A stretch of DNA of 64,000 nt from an uncultured delta proteobacterium. GTDB taxonomy: Bacteria > Desulfobacterota > Binatia > Binatales > Binataceae. Under the pieces are notes generated by a model. It made no database searches, was not told where the DNA came from, and saw nothing but the letters and a program-made list of their open reading frames with translations. Positions 59,533 to 64,000 of this stretch are shown here, in pieces. The stretch's first letter is position 1, and each line of letters opens with the position of its first letter. The translations under genes were made by a program, and so were the position numbers. The DNA is taken from the NCBI GenBank assembly GCA_963808235.1, contig CAWEEQ010000004.1:3712001-3776000 (forward strand). Direction: 5' to 3'.

Positions 59533-60641
59533 TTGCGATGACGCGTGACGGCCGTTTTCGCTTGATTGCATCCGCGGCGATAATTCTCGCGCTTGCGGGA
59601 TGCAGCTCGCCGCTGCCGAGCACCGACCTTCCGCCGGCGCGATTCGTTCAGCCGGCGCCGGAGTTTCCCGGCCTTCGCGACTACCGCGGGATAGTGGATT
59701 TGGCCATCAAGCCTTCGGGACTCGATCAATCGGCGGTCGCGGATCTCGCCAAGACGGCGCAAATCGATTTCGTCGTGCTAGGCGATTCCGTCAAACCCGG
59801 AGACACGGATTTCGGAATCGGCGGATTCACGGATGACATCCTTTTCATCCCGGGCGGCGCATTCCGGGTCAACGGGGGCGAGATTGTGGCGGTCAATCTG
59901 CACGCAGCGGTCGCGCCGAATCTGAATCCGGTCGATCTGATGGCCGCGATACACGATCAGGGCGGACTCGGCATCGCGCGCGACCCCGCGAAATTTTCGT
60001 CGTCGGCGGACTACGCGCTGGCCGACGCGATCGAGGTGTACAATCAACGCTCGGCGTGGATCGCCGAGAGCGCGACGACGCTTTACTTGCGCGCGATTTT
60101 TTTCGGCACCGATCATTTTCTGTCCGCGCTCGAGGTGCGCCCCGACGCGAACCTCGCGCTCTACGACAAGATGACGTCGGGCGCGCGGGTCACGATGCTT
60201 GCCGGATTCGGGCAGGCCGACGATTTGGCCGTGTTCGGGACGAAGGTTGGAACTCTGCAGCAACTGTTTCTTTTCTACACGACGCATCTGATTGCGCGCG
60301 AGCGCGATACCGCGCCGCTGCTCGAGGCGCTCCGGCTCGGCCACTCGTACGTAAGTTTTGATTATCTCGGTTACGTCGGCGCGTTCGCGTTCTTCGCGCA
60401 AAGCGGCGAGGCCAAGACAATGATGGGCGACGAAGTGCAAAGTGCGCCCGGACTCAAGCTCACCGCCGAGCTGCCGGCACAGGCGGATCGAATCGTGATG
60501 TATCAAAATGGCGCCGAAGTCGCCTCAGCCGAAAATGCTATCAAGCTCGAGTTCGCGCCGAAGTCGCCCGGCGCGTATCGAATCGAGGCTTATCGCAACG
60601 GTCGGATGTGGATTCTCTCCAACCCTGTGTACGTGCGATAA
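59529..60641 (+). CDS. Lipoprotein with degenerate PHP-like fold
   Basis: Lipobox LAGC; AIEVYN, EALRLGHSYV and WILSNPVYV resemble CehA/McbA-type PHP proteins. Confidence 0.65.
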   Translation: MIAMTRDGRFRLIASAAIILALAGCSSPLPSTDLPPARFVQPAPEFPGLRDYRGIVDLAIKPSGLDQSAVADLAKTAQIDFVVLGDSVKPGDTDFGIGGFTDDILFIPGGAFRVNGGEIVAVNLHAAVAPNLNPVDLMAAIHDQGGLGIARDPAKFSSSADYALADAIEVYNQRSAWIAESATTLYLRAIFFGTDHFLSALEVRPDANLALYDKMTSGARVTMLAGFGQADDLAVFGTKVGTLQQLFLFYTTHLIARERDTAPLLEALRLGHSYVSFDYLGYVGAFAFFAQSGEAKTMMGDEVQSAPGLKLTAELPAQADRIVMYQNGAEVASAENAIKLEFAPKSPGAYRIEAYRNGRMWILSNPVYVR

Positions 60642-60661
60642 GCCGGTTGGAGGGCTAACTT

Positions 60662-61984
60662 ATGCGAATCATGAGACGCATCGGTTGCGCGGCTTTGCTC
60701 TTCCTCCAGATTTTTGCTTTCTCGATCCCCGCGAGCGCCGCGGTCACCGCCGGCGATCTGATCACGAACGAAAATGCGGCGACGGTTGCCAACCTGGTCA
60801 GCCCCGGCAATTTCGTGCTGGTCGAACAAGGCATGCGAATGACGATCGTGCCGACCGGGCAGCTCGATTGGCCGCCTCCGTACAAAGCGGCGACTGAAAA
60901 GTATTCGCCGCAAGTCGCGCTCAACGCGAAAGGCGAGCTGCAGAAATATGTTGCGGGCTTGCCGTTTCCTTTTGTCGATCTGAATGATCCCCAGGCCGCC
61001 AATAAGATCGTCTGGAATTTCAGCTATGGTCCCCAGGCCGCCGATTTTATCCATGCCCGCAACGTCGAGACCTCGAGCTATCGAGACGTGGGCCCATACG
61101 GTTCATTTCTTTCCGAAATTCTGCCCGCGGAACTTTTTCATTCGACGGCGGCTCATCTGGTCGTTTACAACATGGTCGGGCGAACCGAACTACCGCCGAT
61201 CCCGACCGATCCCAACGTCGCGAAAACCGGCGTTCGCTCGCGATTTTATCTCGGTCCGATCATGGAAGGCGGTGGAGCGTTCCTGCGGTACCGCTTTGTC
61301 GATCCCAATCGCGAGGATGCTGCCTGGTATTATTCTCTCGGCCGAGTCTCGGCGAGCATGCTATCCACCTCGACCGGAGCGACGATTCTGGATCCGGATT
61401 CCTACGGCGGATTTGGCGCCAAGGTAGAAGATTTCAACTACCGGCTCTTGGGACTGCGACCGATGCTTGCGTCGGTGCATGCGGAGCACTCGCCGGAGAC
61501 GCCGTGCCCATTCGACAACGATCGCACCATCTGTCCGGAAAACTGGGAGATGCGACAGTTGTACGTGATCGAGGCGACTGCGAAGGCGCCTTCCGTACCG
61601 CAGAAGATCGCCCGCGGCGGTATGAGCATTCCAAAGCGCATCCTCTATATCGACTCCGAAGGTTGGTTCATCACCGCGTCCGACCAATACGACAAGGACG
61701 GCGCGCTCTGGAAGACGCTGGCGATTTTCACCGCGTATCGCGACCGCGGGATGCCGACTGCGCGCGAGGCCGTTTACCCCTTCAAACGGATGATCGAGAC
61801 CGCGATCGTCGATGAAGACATCCAGACCGGGTTTTCGACCGTCTCGTACATGCCGGGAAAAGAATCCGAAGAGCGTGAGGGCTGGTATATCGATCCTGGC
61901 GTAGCGCCGTCATCGACGGCCGCAACCTCGGCAATCGTGAATCGTCCAGCTGCCATCACGCGTCCGGCAGCCACCGCGCGATAA
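60662..61984 (+). CDS. DUF1329 domain exported protein
   Basis: ATEKYSPQV, GLPFP, KIVWNF, KRILYID, YDKDGALWK. Confidence 0.85.
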   Translation: MRIMRRIGCAALLFLQIFAFSIPASAAVTAGDLITNENAATVANLVSPGNFVLVEQGMRMTIVPTGQLDWPPPYKAATEKYSPQVALNAKGELQKYVAGLPFPFVDLNDPQAANKIVWNFSYGPQAADFIHARNVETSSYRDVGPYGSFLSEILPAELFHSTAAHLVVYNMVGRTELPPIPTDPNVAKTGVRSRFYLGPIMEGGGAFLRYRFVDPNREDAAWYYSLGRVSASMLSTSTGATILDPDSYGGFGAKVEDFNYRLLGLRPMLASVHAEHSPETPCPFDNDRTICPENWEMRQLYVIEATAKAPSVPQKIARGGMSIPKRILYIDSEGWFITASDQYDKDGALWKTLAIFTAYRDRGMPTAREAVYPFKRMIETAIVDEDIQTGFSTVSYMPGKESEEREGWYIDPGVAPSSTAATSAIVNRPAAITRPAATAR

Positions 61985-61993
61985 ACGCTCGCG

Positions 61994-64000
61994 CTAAGGA
62001 CTCGCGGGACCAATCGCGATTCCCTCCGCAGTATCAAGTCCGGTAAAAGGACCGCCGATTTTGCCTAGCGGGGCCGCATCGCCGTTGCTCCCGGCCGCAA
62101 AGATCAAGATAGGACCGGTAGTGACAAACGTCCCAACCTCAAAGAATCCACCGCTGGAGGCGCCGTCCGCGGCGCCGATGCTCTGTCCTACGCACACAAA
62201 AGGGGATCTGGAACCGTTTAATACATAAATGTTCCCGTTTGAGTCGAGCGAGATTCCAAAAGGAAACTGAAGTCCGGTATTCGAACCGGTGATTGTGGCG
62301 ATCGGCGTGGCGTCGCCGTTGCTGCCGGGCGCGAAGACCGTGACGCTTCCGTGGCCGCTTGGAAAACAGCAGCCACGCGTGCATTTCGTGAGGCCTTCGT
62401 TCGTCACATAGATGCTTCCACTACGATCCACAGCTACCGCCGAAGGGTTGGCAATCCTGGTTTCGGGACCCCCAATAATGGCGCTGGGATTGACGTCACC
62501 GGCGCTGCCCGATGGATAGACCGCAACGTCGCCGGAGCCGCCATGGGGACAAGGCTTCAGCGTACATTGACCAGCTATATAGAGTTTGCCGCTTGGTCCC
62601 ACTGACATGCCGGTCGCAAAGCCGCTTTGGCCGAGGCCAACATTGAGCGTGGACATCGGCGTCGCATCGCCGACGCTGCCTGCTGCATACGCGGTGACAA
62701 CGCTTTCGATATTCAGCACATAGATGTTGCCACTGGAATCGGTTGCGATTTTCATCGGGATATCAAGTCCCGTGTCGGCGCCCTCGATCGTCGCCTGAGG
62801 CGCGCCGGTCGCATAGCTGCCGGCAGGATAGATATCGATCCTGCCCTCTCCGCCGGCGCTAGCGAGCGGGTTCGACACGTACAGGTTTCCCATGGAATCC
62901 GCGGCGACGTCGGTAGCGAAAGGAAGTCCGGTGAAATTGCTGGTGATCGTCATCGTCGGTGTCGCATCGCCACTACTGCCGGTCTCGTAGACGGTAACGC
63001 TGCCGCTCACGCCGGGACCGCCGTTGCTGTTCAATACGTAAAGGTTCCCGCCGGGATCCAGGGCGAGGCTGTTGGGTTCTGACAGCCCCGTATCGGCGCC
63101 GGCGATGACGGTGCTCGGGAACACGTCGCCGTTGCTACCGGACGCGAAAACATTGACGCGGAAATCAGTGCCGCTGCAGAGGCTCGCGCAAATCAGAACG
63201 GTCGCGTACAGGTTGCCATTGGAGTCAATCCCGAAGGCTTCGAAATTCTGTAGTCCTGTATTGTCGCCGGCGATAGTCGTGCTCGGCGACGCATTACCCT
63301 TGCTGCCGGCAGGATAGACGGTGATGCTCCCACCGCTAGCAGTCTTGTTGTTAGCTGTCTGGAGGTTGGCCACGTAGATGTTACCGCTCGAATCCAGCGC
63401 GATGCCGAACGGAAAAGAAAGTCCCGTCCCCGCGCCGCTGATCGTCGCGACGGGCGCGATGTTCCCGTTCCCGCCGGCCTCATATACCGTAATCCTGCCC
63501 TTGTCGAGACTCTCGCCGTGCACGGCCGGGCCGCCCAGTTCGTTCGCGACGTAGATTTTGTTCTGGGCGTCAATCGCGATACCGGTCGCCTCATTAAGCA
63601 GAGTTTTCGATCCGGCGATTGTGGCGACGGGAGCCTCGTTGAGAATTCCGGTGCTCATCCCGAGCGGCGGATAGACTCTGATGCTCCTTTCCATGCTGTT
63701 CAGCACGTAGATCTTTCCGCTCGCATCCAGTGCGATCCCGGCTGGATTGGAGAGCCGGGTCTTGTCGCCGCCGATCACAACTAGAGGTGGCACGTTGCCG
63801 TTGGCATTCGCCGCATAGATCGTGACGGTGTTGGTCGCACGATTTGTAACGTAGATCCTGCCGCTCGCATCCCTGGCGATTCCGCTCGGAGCCGCCATAT
63901 CGGTCGTCAGCGCGATTGGCGCAACGTCGCCGCGACTCGCGATGGAATATGCGGTCACGTTGTTGGGGCTGGCGACGAAGATGGTCGGCTTCGTTCCGGC
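61994..64000 (-). CDS. NHL-repeat beta-propeller protein (start lies beyond the window)
   Basis: About a dozen repeats of SITVYxAGSxGxxxPxxTIxGxxTGLxxPxGIALDSxGNIYV; the frame is open to nt 64000. Confidence 0.9.
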   Translation of the reverse strand, partial: AGTKPTIFVASPNNVTAYSIASRGDVAPIALTTDMAAPSGIARDASGRIYVTNRATNTVTIYAANANGNVPPLVVIGGDKTRLSNPAGIALDASGKIYVLNSMERSIRVYPPLGMSTGILNEAPVATIAGSKTLLNEATGIAIDAQNKIYVANELGGPAVHGESLDKGRITVYEAGGNGNIAPVATISGAGTGLSFPFGIALDSSGNIYVANLQTANNKTASGGSITVYPAGSKGNASPSTTIAGDNTGLQNFEAFGIDSNGNLYATVLICASLCSGTDFRVNVFASGSNGDVFPSTVIAGADTGLSEPNSLALDPGGNLYVLNSNGGPGVSGSVTVYETGSSGDATPTMTITSNFTGLPFATDVAADSMGNLYVSNPLASAGGEGRIDIYPAGSYATGAPQATIEGADTGLDIPMKIATDSSGNIYVLNIESVVTAYAAGSVGDATPMSTLNVGLGQSGFATGMSVGPSGKLYIAGQCTLKPCPHGGSGDVAVYPSGSAGDVNPSAIIGGPETRIANPSAVAVDRSGSIYVTNEGLTKCTRGCCFPSGHGSVTVFAPGSNGDATPIATITGSNTGLQFPFGISLDSNGNIYVLNGSRSPFVCVGQSIGAADGASSGGFFEVGTFVTTGPILIFAAGSNGDAAPLGKIGGPFTGLDTAEGIAIGPASP

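Overview
A GC-rich bacterial chromosomal segment of about 55 genes; gene content and style suggest Candidatus Binatota, which is inference only. It begins inside a probable membrane Ser/Thr kinase gene and ends inside an NHL-repeat gene. Core content: a gnd-zwf-fbp-glk-fbaB sugar-phosphate operon, selB and selD, an addB/addA-type helicase-nuclease pair, an ABC transporter, rpsU, and several oxidoreductases and signalling genes. Two UGA-recoded selenoproteins with SECIS-like hairpins are missed by the ORF track: SelD, and a WASW-U-GC redoxin that heads an operon with a GGCT-like protein and a PTPS-III-type enzyme. The most unusual signal is a set of integrase-free cargo islets bounded by about 85-90 bp duplications of host gene 3' ends. 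A perfect 90-bp repeat at 39140/44650 brackets a membrane kinase-adenylate cyclase-Sel1 protein and three lipoproteins. An 85-bp repeat at 12416/13608 has 7 differences, all synonymous. An orphan gene 3' end lies at about 15547. About seven small frameshifts in conserved genes and a mosaic stretch at 15190-15340 look like long-read or consensus errors. No rRNA, tRNA, CRISPR array, integrase or transposase was seen.
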